Below are positions 37,301 through 60,942 of a DNA stretch of 64,000 bases, piece after piece; within the stretch, counting starts at the first letter, position 1; every line of letters starts with the position of its first letter. The notes beneath the pieces are model-generated. The model did no database searches, was not told where the DNA came from, and worked only from the letters and a program-made list of their open reading frames with translations. This DNA comes from Phoronis australis (lineage: Eukaryota > Animalia > Phoronida), in the NCBI GenBank assembly GCA_002633005.1, contig NMRA01000425.1, forward strand, positions 282,805-346,804, read 5' to 3'. Both the position numbers and the translations under genes were made by a program.

Positions 37301-40300
37301 AAGTCACTTTCGTGCTCTAGAGAGCACCAATATCAAAAGTCCCCTATTGAAGACAGTTAGCAAGATCTCCAATCCAATCAAAAACCAGAGTGAAGAAACA
37401 ATCGCATCAGCAGACTGAAACATCACCAAGTTCACGTAAGTTCCCAACGTGATCGAACCAAAATGTTCAAAAAACCTTCTGAGTCTAGATAGATTGGGTA
37501 TAAGATACGTCATTCAAATTTTGACGGGCCACTGCAACCTAACCCGACACAGACACATTACTGGATACATGGGGAGCCCTGTGTGTCCCGAGTGTGGTAC
37601 TGACGTAGAATCTCCTAAACACCTGGTAGAGTCTTGCCCAGCTTTTTACAGGCTAAGGAGCAACCTACTGGATGGCACTGTTACATGCCTACAACATATA
37701 GTGCAACGAATGGAAACGTCTGTCCGTTTTCCTAAATGAGACTGGCAGACTTGAAAATTTCCTTCACGAAGAGCCATAACTGGGCTCTCGTGCTTTTGCT
37801 CAGGTGTTTTGTGCAATGAGCCCAACCATGAGGCCTGCGCACGTCTGTTACACCGCAAATGACATCAGGCCACCTGCACTGTTCTTTTTAAGTCTATTTA
37901 AAACATTAATTGACGTTTAGCTATTGGGTTTCGAGGTCAATCTTGTTATGCGTGGGGACGGAACTACTAAACTTTACTCAAACTGGACTTGGAAATTGAC
38001 CAATGACATTGCAAGAAATGGGAAATTAAAATTTACTCGAAAGACAGCATGTGATTAGCCAATATTTGAGTTGAGCTTACAGTAGATTTTAATTGCCGTG
38101 GACTACAGTCACAGATAGAATTGTCAGCCTACAATTCTCTAATCTTAACCTGAACCACCAGAAGATACCCACTGCCAAGTACTGCTGATCTCTTTCTATG
38201 AGGTCTGCCAATCGGTTCAGTAGCCTCCCGCGGCTGGCAGCATCCGTTCGTCGCCATGGTGATCCCAATTTGAACGCCTCCCTAGCTGCACCAACAGCCT
38301 TGTCCACATCAGCCTGAAACATTATTGAAAATAGTGTTATCAAAGAATGTTAAGGGCAAATGAAATGACAAACTATGCAGTAAAATTTCTTTATCGGTAC
38401 ATTAAACCAAATTCTAGGTCAATTCGAAAACAAGAGCAACACAAAGCGCTATTGATATGCTCCGCAAAGGGATGTTTAACAAATTCGATTGACACGCAGA
38501 GGTAACAAGAGATGACAGGCAGGACGACGACGATTTATCACAATTTTCCATCCTCACTAGATGGCGCAGAATGTTGCATACGTTCCGGCGAAAATGGAGA
38601 AGTGTCATCATTCCCATAATAGACAACTTCCAGAGGAACTCTTAATACAAACTGGTGCAAATGTAAAAAATTGCCACTAGGAGGCATAGCCGTAGTCAGA
38701 TTAGTCCACAAGTTGGGATTATCTGTTCTCACATTCACAAACATTGTGTGAGGGGCTTAAACAGTACACACCATGGATTTTTGCACATTTCGAATTACCG
38801 GTGGCCACAGACTAAATGTATGACGTAACATTTAGCCAAATCCATGATTATTTTGTGTAATTAGCTTGAAATTTTTATTTCTCTTTCAATTTTGCCAATT
38901 TTCACATTTCTCGCCATGTGACATCATGGGTTGAAAACAAGAGATCAGCGACTAGCATTTAACAACGGCGGAGAGTAGGGAATTTGAAAGCGACAACGAT
39001 TATGAGCAAGAAATGAACAAATACTATGAAGAAACGTACGAGAATGGTGGCCAGGATGACGAAATGGGGTTGCACGAAAGCGAGAACGAGTTTGATATGT
39101 TTTCAGCTGCATACTTTTCTACTTTGAGGCCTTATGAACTGGATCCTCCCGCGAGAGAAGCGGCCTCGGGCTCGGCCAGTCAACCCAGTCATCCAACAGA
39201 CGATCCTGAATAAAGAGCCGATGTTTGTGAATAGTAAATATTGTCCTTTATTGAACCAGGCTTTCATCGTAACATCTCCTCTGATTGGAGTCGAAACACG
39301 ACTCCTCAAAGTGGGCAGAACACAGAGTGGCCCCGGACAGAATCGCTTGGTCCACACTGAGGTCCCACACTCTCGTTCGGCGCACGAAGCGTTGCCACTA
39401 CTGCGCAACTTTGGCGTCCTTCGGAACACCTAGACGTTCTCCGCCTGACTGTTGTTGCTGCAGCCTCCGCAAACACATCTTTTCATCTCTCTACAAACCT
39501 TCTCGACGCTAAATATACTTTACTTTCACTTCACTCTATACACTTAGTTGCTGATCCGAACAGAGTGCCGAAGAACTTGAGTTCAACCCATGACGTTGTA
39601 CATAATTATTGTTTTTTTCAATTTTTACATGTTTCTTTATGAGCTGTGCACTAAAGGCACTGAAATCAAGTAAGATATAATAATAAAATTTATTTTGAGG
39701 TACTAGAGTCATGTTGCGTACACTTTAAGAGATACTGTCAAGGATACAAATAAAAATGCCACCAAAGGGTGCAACAGAAGTAGGACTCGTCTAAAAACAA
39801 TGTCAGCCTTCATCTTCTTAGTAGAAAAACATCAGGTAACTTTTACAGTAATCCTTCGCTTGGTTTGGTGGATAGAGAGGCGGACGTAAAATAAAAATGG
39901 TCACTGAAGGAGGTGCATTATAGGTCGTAACCTGGAAGGTATCGTAATTTCCTTTCATAGAAACCCTTTTCCCAAGTTTGATGAAAACCCAAGACACAAA
40001 CAGAGACAAAATGTAAAAACATATAGCAGTATGAGGCACAGCCTTAGTCCGATCCATCTTAAAGTCATTGTCAACTGTTATCGTGTTCATAAGAACACAC
40101 TTCCCAAATTTCAGGAAAATCCAGCAGTCACGGGTTCAGGAGACACAGCCATGGATGCTCAAATACAATGTTTCCTTGTCTTGGCAACCTTGTTTTCCAT
40201 CTGGTGCCCTCAGACCTGGGAACTTTGAAGGGTCTCACTTGGCGAGTTGACGTTATGCAAGGCGTCAACTTCTGACCCACCAATGCATATGTTTCTGTTT

Positions 40301-43300
40301 CCGTTTCTGTGGTGATGTCAGAGGGCTGGCACTGGGATAGTCTCTGGCCCTCCTCCTTCCAGTATCGCACGCAATGTAAATTTGGAGATGCAACCAAGTT
40401 CATGCTGGTTACACACTCTTCAATCTTTTCCCCTGATACGAGTTTTAGCTGCATCTCTGTATTGCCATCCTCGCTCTATGAGGCGCTTTGCTGCCCATCC
40501 CTCCTGCTGTTGTACAATCTCGGCATCTCAAAGCGATTCACACACTCTGGAGATTACATGTGCTGGTGCGAGAAGCTGGTCGGCAATCCGTTCTGCCATG
40601 CCTGCAAGATCATCCGCCTTGACGTTGAATGAGATGCCACAGTGTCCTGGTATATAAACACTGGTGAAGAGACCATTAACAGATCTGAACATGTGGGTAC
40701 AAATAAAGACACTTTTGTTAAAACAAAATAGTACAATGTTATATTCACTGAGTATGACACAGATACTCATATAGCAATTTGTATTCCATACCTTATCACC
40801 CTCTGCCACCTCACAAATCACTTCACCCGTCGCCGGGTTGATGGTTGGGAAAGTCTTGCCACTCTCAGCATTGTGCCACTCATTGTTAATGAAGATCTGA
40901 AAAGCACAGACAGATATGTAGCAGTCATAACGAGAGTTCCAAAGCGTGAGAACCTCTTCGGTACTGATGATTAAAAACAGCATTCAATAACTACCCTGAT
41001 GGATAGTTCAATAGAAATTAACTTTTAGCCAATCAAGATGCGGGAACACGAAAACACTATAGTCCACCATCTTGTCTCAGAAACACTGGTTCGTTGTCAA
41101 ACATAAATTTTACTGATAATATAATATTGTTTATTCACAATACATTAACCATCGGTATTTGGTTAAATAAGTTTTTAGTTATGAAAGTCTGCCAGACTTT
41201 GCTGTGTCCTGGATGTGACAGAGTTCCCGCCCTAATCACCCATTGACCCATTTTTGGTCAATGTGAGGAGTCACCTGCAGAAGAGTATACGCAAGTGTTC
41301 TCTTTTTGGAATAAATGTTGCACCCGTATGTGTAATATAAGGCAGCATGAAACAACCACAAAACGGTGTTTTACCTATTTCAGGCAGAGGCAATGAAAGA
41401 TGGCGACAGAGAGGGATGAAATTTGTGGTGACGCGTTTTTTTATTCCAGCAATTGGAGAATCTTAATTTATGTCGTACTAGTCACAAAGCTTATGCCTGG
41501 GAGAAGCCATCTTTTGTAGCCCTGGTAAAACACATCCTATTTTAGGTGCCTTAGCGACGATGGTCAGTAATCTTCAGGGACAGAATTGGTGTCATTTTGT
41601 AAGTTGAGACTTCACCTTTATATGACTATTATTACAAAGTTTAGATTGCTGACAACTTGAAACAGTTTCCTATCAAAATACACTAAAATACCAGAAAACA
41701 GTTGACCCTTCTTACCAAAAGTGTTTCTGTTATTAGGAATGACAAAGCCAGCCAGTGAAACGGTTATTTTATACACATTTATCAGGAGATTTGCACTTTT
41801 AATAGTAGGGTACCTGAAACACTGTATCAGATGAAATGTCACTAATTTACAAAAAGTGAAACTTAAACCCTTGGGATAAATCTTGTGAGACAGTTTCTAT
41901 TGCAACCTGATAATATTCCTATTGACCCCCGATTGTAATCGTGTAAAAAGCAGCTGCATTGTATTTAACTGCTGACCTGTATTGGTGTTTAAAAGGCATT
42001 TCAATGTGGTCAACAAGTACTTAAATAAAAGCTCCACTACACAGTGTATGGAACTCATAAATGAAGAAAATTTATTTTTAAGATAAATATCAAACTGTAG
42101 TTATGGTGGAGCCTTGGAGGACCCTCAAGTGGCATTTAAGTTAAGAGAAGTTCCATGGATGGACACTGTTTAGTTCGTCTAAACAGCGCAAGAAGTGGTA
42201 CAATTAATTAACGCAAATCAAAAACATTATAGGCAGGCAGGCTAACAAATACCAATAAAAATAAATATAAAGAGGATCATTTATCAAAATTACAAAACAC
42301 AATTCTTAGGGTATAACAACATAACACATACAATATTGAACACTCTTAATGGTTCTATATTCACTTGGCAAACATAGTGTCCTACTCAATATTGAACACA
42401 ATCTGTGTCAGTCATTTGGGTTTGCTCAATCAGAGGCAAACAGTTACCAAGATGCAGTCCTTTTTGTCGTGGGCCATTTTTGTCACTACCTATTGTTCCG
42501 TGGAGAGTAAGTTCACATCAACGGGGTAATAAACAGAAGAATATCATCCAAGATTATCAGTTACATGCAGGTAACCCGCAGTTACATACAGGTAACCAGT
42601 TACATACAGGTAACCAGTTAAATACAGGTATTTTTATCAAAGGTAACACCAGAAATGTTTGCCCTCCTCTTTAACATACTAGTTGACACATTAGTTGGGC
42701 AGAATCTTTTACTGGATGATCTCCTGTTCATAAAATAATGGAAAATCTTAAATCTTTACCCTGACTCAACTTGGGCGGTTTTCCAAGAGATTTTAGTACT
42801 TCCACCACAGACAAATGCCCTGACATATTAGAGTAGCTTTCTTCCTTGGTCTCAGTTTTACTTTAATTTTTCTATTTAAACTAAAATAGAACTAAAGGAA
42901 ACTTAAATGGAGTAAATCAATTCATTGAAGACAATGCATCAGTACTTTTGTTTTATACGGCCTGTGTAGTGGAGACCAGAGGTCCGTGCGAAAACGGAAG
43001 ACCAAGCTGCAGGTGAACACGTTGTCTACGGTGTTAAATCCTAGCAGTAGTCTAGGGCCTACAAGCAATGAGCGTGGTCTAAGTTTGATTAATTTTTCTA
43101 GGTATAGCCATTGATACCAACCTAACTTTTGACTCCCATATTTCGAACATTTGCAAAAGAGCCTCACAACAAATAAACGTTCTAAGAAGAATTGGACATC
43201 ATCTTACGATAAAGGGCAGACTTGCCATTTTCCACTCCTTCGTCCTTTTAAATTTCAACTACTGCCCCCTCTCATGGCAAATTTGCTCGAAAGAAAATAC

Positions 43301-44603
43301 ACTCAAACTTCAGCTCAGAGCCCTACGTTTTGTTTACAATGACAACATTAGCACGCACGACCAACGACTCTCTCTAGCTATCAAACCACCCCTCCACCTA
43401 CACAGACTTCGACTTATTGCAATAGAAGTATTTAAAATCCTTCATGATGAATCACCCAAGACACTTTCTTCACTTGTAAAGTAGCAAGAAAACAACTACT
43501 CCTTTCGCTACAGCAACCTTCTAGCTTTTCCTCAAGTTAAATCTGTTAAATATGGAAAACAATCTTTTCACTTCGAGGCTGCTCGGGTCTGGAACAGACT
43601 CTACCGAATCTGCTGCACACAACAGAGTCTTTCACCATTTTCCGTGGACTGATTCGAACCTGGACTGGCCCTAAATGCAGCTGTTCTCTTTGTAAACACT
43701 CCAGGTTATGCTGTAATTAGTGTATACACTCGTTTCTCTTATGATTTATCTAGATTATAGCATTTACACGTGTACCCACTAGTATCGTTTATGCTCATTT
43801 GACCCTAGCTAGTATAGTTTAGCGATTACGACAATTTTTTTTATTTACAATTATATATCTGTGTTAATCTCCACCTCTAGCTTAATTAAGTTCCATTTTC
43901 TTCATGTTTTCTGTTAAATTTAATGACGTAGTAATAGCCCAACTGGCTAATGTTAATCTGTTCTCCGAACGACGTTAAGTAAAGCTTCTTGAATCTAGAG
44001 AAGCCTGAGAATTGACGTAACTCCAATAAATCTGTTGCCTGTACAAATGCACCCAGCTCATAACAACATTGCGAAACCTTTACTTTCCAAACTCAGTCGG
44101 CAACGAAACGCCCGGGCTTTCCGCGCCCTCTGGAAACCAATCCCCAGGAGTCACCCCCAGCCTTGCTGAAAAGCACAGCAAGCTGGCCTTCGCTGGCAGA
44201 ACAGCATTCCTTACGTTTTCCTATGCCCTGTCGCTCTGTTCATTTATCTAACTGCGAATGCAAAATAATTTAACTTGCCTTCTCACGTTAATGCAGGCGC
44301 AGACACAAGGCTCGGGTCAAATTAAGGAAATGTTCTTAGTAAACACACGTAATCGAGTGGTCAACGGTGTATTACTAATTAGGCCTACTTGTTGACAAAA
44401 AATGAGGTCACTCGCCATTTGAGAATCGATCGGGGAGCAACAGCAACAACACCCTTTCAGCGCACTCACTAACAAATTGACAAAAATACCTTGTTAAATC
44501 GAATTTCGGGCTCTCTGTTCGGAGCTGGCACAGCGGTACTCATACATGCACGGTGCAACTTTAGAAGCCCACCTCGGGCACGGCAAAGCGAAAGCAGCGA
44601 CAT
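22355..44603 (-). CDS. ALDH2: Aldehyde dehydrogenase, mitochondrial (ALDH2-type), 517 aa, 13 exons
   Basis: Exons (minus): 44603-44490, 40896-40792, 38313-38173, 36212-36083, 34280-34219, 32230-32102, 29046-28933, 28432-28330, 27498-27314 (identical copy at 26460-26276), 24779-24615, 24086-23929, 23395-23281, 22387-22355, totalling 1554 nt. Has an Arg/Leu/Ser-rich presequence ([22 protein letters not shown]), [20 protein letters not shown] (catalytic Glu), [12 protein letters not shown] (catalytic Cys), [22 protein letters not shown] and YTEVKTV. Confidence 0.95.
24131..24311. mobile_element. Hairpin MITE, ~180 bp, in ALDH2 intron 10
   Basis: GATGATAAACGATCATCAGTCTCATCGCCATTCATACC is inverted as GGTATGAATGACGATCAGACTGATGATCGTTTATTATC. 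Confidence 0.75.
24847..24883. repeat. (AAC/AAT)n microsatellite
   Basis: Directly visible trinucleotide run. Confidence 0.85.
25795..27905. repeat. ~1.05-kb tandem duplication containing ALDH2 exon 9 and a 27-bp minisatellite, copies separated by one N (26868)
   Basis: Copies at 25795-26867 and 26869-27905. The exon copies look identical, intronic flanks differ by a few substitutions, and the copy number of CAGTCCCTCAAGGAGCCCCATCTCATA differs. Confidence 0.92.
32700..33420 (+). mobile_element. Dispersed repeat made of ~150-bp related subunits (Helentron/HINE-like architecture), copy 1
   Basis: Shares long blocks with 56219-57230 (CAACTTCATATAAACACA, ATCATCCTTAGAGTGGTTTGGTTGA, GCCTATGTGCCAAATTTCATGAAAATC, GTAAGGGGTTTAGGAGATACAG, GACGCCCAGACAGAGAT). 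Family assignment is inference. Confidence 0.75.
34553..35660. mobile_element. Non-autonomous DNA transposon with ~130-160-bp imperfect TIRs
   Basis: TCCATCGAAATTTGAACCCTAGTGTAAAAC...CCGACCTTTAAAACAAGAAC...ATCGGACAG is inverted as CTGTCCGAT...GTTCTTGTTTTGAAGGTCGG...GTTTTACACCTGGGTTCCAATTTCGATGGA. Confidence 0.7.
37449..37760 (+). mobile_element. 5'-truncated non-LTR retrotransposon remnant (C-terminal CCHC zinc knuckle, I/R1/Tad-like)
   Basis: [43 protein letters not shown] matches the LTGH...CxxC...ExxxHxxxxCP tail of LINE ORF2 proteins. Confidence 0.75.
38761..39724. mobile_element. Internally deleted Kolobok-like DNA transposon with TTAA target duplication
   Basis: TTAA at 38757-38760 and 39725-39728. 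Imperfect TIRs (ACAGTACACACCATGGATT / AGTCATGTTGCGTACACT) and sub-terminal inverted CATGGGTTGAA/TTCAACCCATG. Carries a THAP relic on the minus strand and an acidic ORF (39013-39213) on the plus strand. Confidence 0.7.
39288..39486 (-). pseudogene. Disrupted THAP zinc-finger domain (transposase N-terminus)
   Basis: [19 protein letters not shown] [frameshift] [43 protein letters not shown] retains the C-x4-C, P, W and LCxxHF signature, with two stops and one frameshift. Confidence 0.8.
42557..42630. repeat. Minisatellite, 18-bp unit x4
   Basis: CAGTTACATACAGGTAAC variants. Confidence 0.8.
43290..43997 (+). mobile_element. 5'-truncated CR1/L2/Crack-group LINE: end of RT ORF plus 3' UTR
   Basis: Broken translation [13 protein letters not shown]...[22 protein letters not shown]...[35 protein letters not shown]...[15 protein letters not shown], ending in an AAAGCTTCTTGAATCT tail. 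Confidence 0.75.
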
Positions 44604-44624
44604 GACCAATGCAGCTTCTCCAAC

Positions 44625-44740
44625 CTGCTAGCCAATCACATGTCCACTTCCGAAGACTGAAACCAGAGTGCTACCCGGGGGGGGCATTTACTACGTAAGC
44701 CAACCGACTAGAGCGGGGGTACACAGTCACGTGTCAGAGA
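44625..44740 (-). promoter_or_regulatory. ALDH2 proximal promoter / 5' UTR region
   Basis: GC-richer segment directly upstream of the ATG with AGCCAATCA (~44629), ETS-like CACTTCCG (~44645) and E-box GTCACGTG (~44726). Function is inferred. Confidence 0.4.
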
Positions 44741-47399
44741 GCCTTAAACAAACGTGAAATGGCGTGTTCGGTGCCGGTGTATTAGCAGTAGGTCTACTGA
44801 AAAAAAACGGGGCAGCGGACAGAGCGATTAGACTCTATACGTTCAAATGCGTTTCCAGTGCATCAAGGGAGTGCCGGACGGTTGGCCGGGACTGGTGCAT
44901 GCGCGCACCCAAGGGCTCGGGGGCTCGAACGAGCACCCCCCATTTGTGGGCAAAAAGGTCCGCCTCAGAGAGACAAAAAGTCCGAGAAAATGAGGCGTAA
45001 GTCCAATAATCCATTAAACATGCGCAAACGCGGCGCAACTCACGGCAGCAGTGGTGCTCCCGTTTTTTTTTGTTTTAGTCCGCCCGCCTTTTTTGTTACC
45101 AAAAGGTCCACAAAGTCAGGAATTCGAGCCCCCCCATATTGAAGGCTGGGTGAGCGCGTGTGGTGCGAACGGCGGCATCCTTCACCGATAGTTTCACGTA
45201 GGAGCGCGCCCCGTGTCGTTGGCGTCGGTAAAAATTACCATTGACGCAGTGTGATTCATGAAATTAACTCGGCGCTTGGGCTGGTTAAATTTGTTTGAAA
45301 ATTACTCAAGAAGAGTATCTTCTGATCTATATTCCTTGTGCCCAAGAAATGAAAAAGTGAGCACACTTCGTAAATAGGAAATTCCTGCCAATTTGAAATC
45401 GGGGGCTTGGTTCCATCTGTGCACGCAAGAGCAATACGAAATTCAGACCTAACCGTCGAAACTTCACCAATTGTGCCCGATTTAGGGACATCGGCTCTTT
45501 CTACTTCATTTGAGTTTCATAAAGTGGATTTTAACGCACTTAAGCCCACTAAATTCGATCTGCATAACCCAAAGATACTGATGGTCTAAATAAGTAGAAA
45601 GTACGTAAAATGTTTATTTTACATCGGTGTAGAACAGTAGCACAAGTGCTAGTGACCGAAAGATGTGGAAGAGTACAGAAAGTATGTACTACGGCGTTTT
45701 CCCCGTTAGCGGCTCTACTTGTTCGATAGTCCAACAACAAGTTGGGAAGCTGACCCCCGCAACCAATATCTTACTCGACTGATTAACTCCATTCTCACTG
45801 GCATTTATGGTTGGAGGGACAGCTCTCTTTTGTTACGCGATAATTCACCTGTAATTGCTCTAATCTCCAATAAGCTTGACTCAACGTGGCCGGACTGTGC
45901 TGTTGAAAATAAAAGTTAAGTTATCTTAACATATTTGAACATAAACCAATTGCATTTCTGAAATCCTCGTCAAATGGTGATCATGTTTAGATTTTGAATC
46001 GCCAAAATCGCCCAACTACAACCGGAGTTACGACAATCTATATTCTTCAGTTTCCACGAGGCCGGTATATACCTCTGGGGCTGAGTTCACACGTGGTCTG
46101 TAATATGTCTCGTGGATAATTGACCTGCCTGTTGTCATACCAGACAAAAGACTGTGCTTGACAGTTAACAAAGAAGCTGGATGTTATCACACGCTCACCG
46201 TGACCCTCTACGTTTGGTAAAGTCACTGAAAGGCGGGAAAACGTCTGCTAAATTTATTGATCTCGTCTGGCTCTTGTTACTATCGTTTCAAGCGACTAAT
46301 AAGTTTAGTTTCATATTTTTTAGTTTAGTCAGGACGAGATTCGCTATCATAGCAAATCTATTCCCAGGAAGAGAACAGGCGCGACATCATTGTATTCTCG
46401 GTCTACCTAGCCTTCCTTTTCGTCACAGAAGTGGTGAAAATACTAATACCGGGGAGGATGCCCTCGACCTCGGGAACAATAATGGACGTCTCACCTATGT
46501 TGCTCTCGTTGTTTTCATGCTTTTCTAAACTAACTTCAGTCTATTGAGACAACACAAAAATGCATTCGTACGGGCCAAGGATTATAAAAGAGAATCTGTG
46601 TACTCAGACTAAGGACGGCAAACAACAATGTTAAGATTGAAAATAATCTATTCGCATCAGTGACTCACCTGTGGCTTACGCATTGAAAGGCGTTGAGGCA
46701 CAAAATACACCAGGTATCCATGGGTCACATGTTATGGTCGAATAGTTGCCGCTATCAAATAAAAAATTGACGTACAAGGAATCCCAGTTGGAAATCATAA
46801 CAGCCAACAGGGGGTGACAAGGGAATGGGTGCCCATGTGCGCCATATTTTTTGTGAGCGCATAAAAATCCCCAGTTATTTTGGCGATAATTTCTGCATAC
46901 GTTAAACCTAGTGACTTGATTCTCTGGCCCGTCAGAGCTACGGTAGTGTAGCACCCAGACTGTTTATTCACTGGCCGTGTTAACTGTGACCTCGCTGGTT
47001 GCTTGCGTGCCGCTAGGTGGTAGCCAGCACGCTGGCTAGGCACGTAGGGATCCAGCTAGAACTATGACCAGGTATGAAAATTTAGATAACTCAGTGGCAA
47101 CACCTAAACAAAACAAGAATTTCTATTTTCTGTCGATCAACTCTTAAGACGCGATTTTATTGTTACAGCCCGTTACCTCAAGTCGTCTGAAAACCCAGGC
47201 ACGTTTTTGCAGGCTGAAAGTGAAGAGGAAACGTTATCAGAAGTCACCAAGCAAGCCATTGGGATGCCATTTAAAATCGGGATTTCAGTTGAGTTCATAG
47301 TTCACTTTTAATATCAAACACCCAATTGGTTAATGTTTGTAGTTGAAAAATTTCGTGATACATGTAGTTATTTTCACGATAATTCCAAGCCCAGTAATT

Positions 47400-48300
47400 T
47401 TTTACCAAGAATTTAACTTTGATTTCAGTTCATTTCAAATTCACTTGGGTCACCTGACCAAGTATTTTTAGTAAAACTTAGCAAAAAGAAAGATACATTC
47501 ATAACAAAACAACCCTATCAATAATATGACCACATTTTGATACATATGTTCAAGATGAAATCACAAAAATGCTATTAATTATCTAAATTATCATTTCTTT
47601 TTCATGTCACGCAACTTTCGAGTTTTCCATGAAAAATCTGGGCCCAGTCTCGAATCCTTTTACTCGAAATGGAACTCGAAATAATGTTTGGCATTTTTTA
47701 ATCTACTTTTGAGCAAACTCAAGAGAAGTGTCCATTACTCAATGCTCGAATACATAATGACTTACGTAGATGATTGATTAGTCCTAGTTCGCAGTTGACA
47801 AATCCAGCATTTAAGATAAAAGTTTGAGTTTAAACTCGAACTTTCGAGTTTTTACTCGAGTTTGTAGCACGCATATGAGGACTTTTAATTGCAAACTTGG
47901 ACTACAAACTCATATGCATGAACTATGATTATTCGAGCACCATCTGATAACCACTTATCTTGAATTCGCACAAAAGGAGCAGAAAAATTGCCAAAAATAA
48001 TTTCCAGTTCGTTTTGAGTACAAAGATTAGAGACCGGGCCCAGGAGTCCTAATTTTTTATAACCCCCAATGCAATGGCGCAACATTTTAACAAAAAATCG
48101 CCAGTAGCATTTTGGAGAACCATGCATAAAGCATAGTTTTAGAAAGTTTATCTTATAAATCCGACCTGCCATTTTCGAGAGAGGATAGCCAAATTTCAAC
48201 ACTTTTCTAGGCTCCTGCATATCTTAATCAAGTTTTGGGCAAAAGAGATATTGAAACTTATGACTTTTGAAGACCTAAAATACCACTTTTCATGAGCTCT
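47400..48300. repeat. Old dispersed repeat family (related segments at ~14200-14620, ~32490-32680 and ~33450-34190)
   Basis: Recurrent degenerate blocks such as TGTAGAATTT(G/A)A, ATGAAATCTCAAAAA, TATCATTTC(G/A)TTTT and GCATAAAGCA(T/C)AG. Boundaries are approximate. Confidence 0.5.
47641..48039. mobile_element. PIF/Harbinger-like MITE, ~400 bp
   Basis: GGCCCAGTCTCGAATCCTTTTACTCGAAATGGAACT is inverted as AGTTCGTTTTGAGTACAAAGATTAGAGACCGGGCC, flanked by CTG / CAG (CWG-type target). Confidence 0.65.
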
Positions 48301-48371
48301 TGAGTTAAAATATAGTGATGTGTACAAATAATGCAACTGGAGAACTTTACAGACAAATAGTGTCGAACTAC

Positions 48372-48580
48372 AGGAGACAGAGTGACACAGTGGTGAGAGC
48401 ACCGGACTCCCGTTTGGGAGACGCGGGTTCAAATCCTGGCTAACACTGGCAGACAAAGGAGCATTGTACATAGGCGTTTCCTACTCCTCTGAGATCGGTC
48501 TTAGTAGTGAATGACTGCAAAGGAGAGAATGTAAGCCTGGATATAATGTGAATGTAAACCTGGATATAATGCGAATGTGA
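48372..48580 (+). mobile_element. tRNA-derived SINE
   Basis: A box TGACACAGTGG and B box GGTTCAAATCC at tRNA spacing, followed by a non-tRNA body and a duplicated AATGTAA(G/A)CCTGGATATAATG tail. Confidence 0.7.
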
Positions 48581-49652
48581 TTTCTGGGACTCTGTTCATA
48601 TTTTTCTACCCCCAAGGAGCGCCATCCATGTTGCGCTAGGTTGGCTATTATTTTTTATACTTTATACGTTTAGACAAGAAAATACATTACTATTTACAGT
48701 ATTCAAATTTTCACCTTTGACAAAAGGTCAGTTAATGGTAAGCAGCACTTGCATGGGTACTAAGTCGATTAGATGTTGATTTAGCAAGGTAAATTTAAAT
48801 AATTTATTTTGAGGAACATACAGAATGAACACAAAATTGTGCGTTAATGCCATGGAATAATCTACGATACTCTCAAAGTCAAGAGAAAGAGGACCCAAAC
48901 TTCTGTTAACCTATAGACATACTCATGGGCAACACTAGTGCTCTTATGTTGTCAACAACCCTCAAACAATCCGACTCTACCAATAAACAATGGATTTCAA
49001 ACCTTCACTTCATGACAGTTGCTTAAAACACCCCCACATTGCTATTAACAAATAATATTTTCGCAATGAAATTGTTCACACATCACACTATACTTATCAT
49101 TAATGAATTCATCACATTAACACAAAAATTAGGGATATTATCTGGGGGATTTTGTACTGTGCTGAAGAGATTCCTTATTGTTTTTGGGAAATAAATGCGC
49201 GGAGCATAACACTAAATTTCTGACTTATAAGAAAATAGTGCAGGTGATCGGATGTGTTTAGGAGTGCACCAGACCTGTGCAGGCCTCATGGTTGGGCCCA
49301 TTGCCCAAAATACCTAAGCTTAACTCATGACAACCTTGTTATTGTTATTGAAGGAAGTTTTCAAGTCTGCCTGTCTCCTTCAAAATAAAACACTTAATTC
49401 ATTTTTCATGGAACAGAATCCCTTGATTTTACAATTTTCTTACAAGACCAGAAATTCAATGAATACAACAACACGAACAGATACTATGGTCACACTAAGC
49501 CAGTATTGTGATACATCCATTCACATCTTGATTGTGCTGCAAGTTAAATTAAACAATTACGTGGGCACAATAACCATTACTCAACACTACACACAATTCC
49601 ACACTTAAACAGAATAGCAGTGAGGTCAGTTGTACTTTGTGACAGAGGTAGA

Positions 49653-49790
49653 TTCTCCACAAGTCTATTAACAATGTCTCATGTCTCTGATATAGTCTGG
49701 AGGGCCATTCAATGCTCATAATCAATCTCCACAAGTCTATTAACAATGTCTCATGTCTCTGATATACTCTGGAGGGTCATTCGAGGCTGA
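49653..49790. repeat. Tandem duplication, ~73-bp unit x2, in the probable NDUFS7 3' UTR
   Basis: TCTCCACAAGTCTATTAACAATGTCTCATGTCTCTGATATA occurs twice. Confidence 0.8.
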
Positions 49791-50075
49791 TACTCAATCT
49801 GCAAACTCCGACAACTGCAGCTTGTACTCCCAAAATCCACCATGGAAATCCCTGCCCACAGTCCCGCAGTAAAAACTTGGGTGAAGAACAAGAAAATAAC
49901 ACGAACACTGAGCGAGATTCCGCAAGACAATTTGATGTAGTTTTAATACCATCAATTTTCACAAGTCCAAATGTGAGAACAGATCTAAGCGAAGTCATGA
50001 GTTTGTAGACAGAATCTCAGACCACCATGTCACCACACCACTTCATGTCTCTTTTGTCCATTAGGAGTCGCCTGC

Positions 50076-60654
<10,579 letters not shown>

Positions 60655-60829
60655 CTTGATAACCGACTACTTCGCCCCCTTGAGGTTATTTTGTGTTGTA
60701 CAGTTTAGACATGTCGGAAACGAGGCGAACACCAGTACCAGTCCCGGATACTGGTGTAAAAGGTTCTTGTGTCTTTTAGCTCCTTATTTACGAGAAAACG
60801 GTTTTCCAGTAGGAAATTTCTGGGAGTAT

Positions 60830-60860
60830 GATATATATATATACATATACATATATATAT
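60830..60860. repeat. (AT)n microsatellite
   Basis: Directly visible. Confidence 0.85.
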
Positions 60861-60942
60861 TTGTCTTACAGTAAAACGCCATGATGGTTAAATTTTATTT
60901 CCTCTTGTTCTACCACGACTAAGCCTTCGCGCTATTTGAAGC

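Larger units (their letters stand above)
38429..40150 (+). mobile_element. HINE-like dispersed repeat, copy 2, interrupted by a Kolobok-like element
   Basis: Begins AACAAGAGCAACACAAAGC like the copy at 56219, and resumes after 39728 with GAGATAC...TGCCACC subunits. Confidence 0.6.

Noticed and set aside
44764-45142. GC-rich ORFs upstream of ALDH2
   Set aside because: No recognisable domain or splice structure; more likely promoter-proximal or repeat sequence.
48372-48450. tRNA gene
   Set aside because: No convincing acceptor stem and it continues into a SINE-like body.
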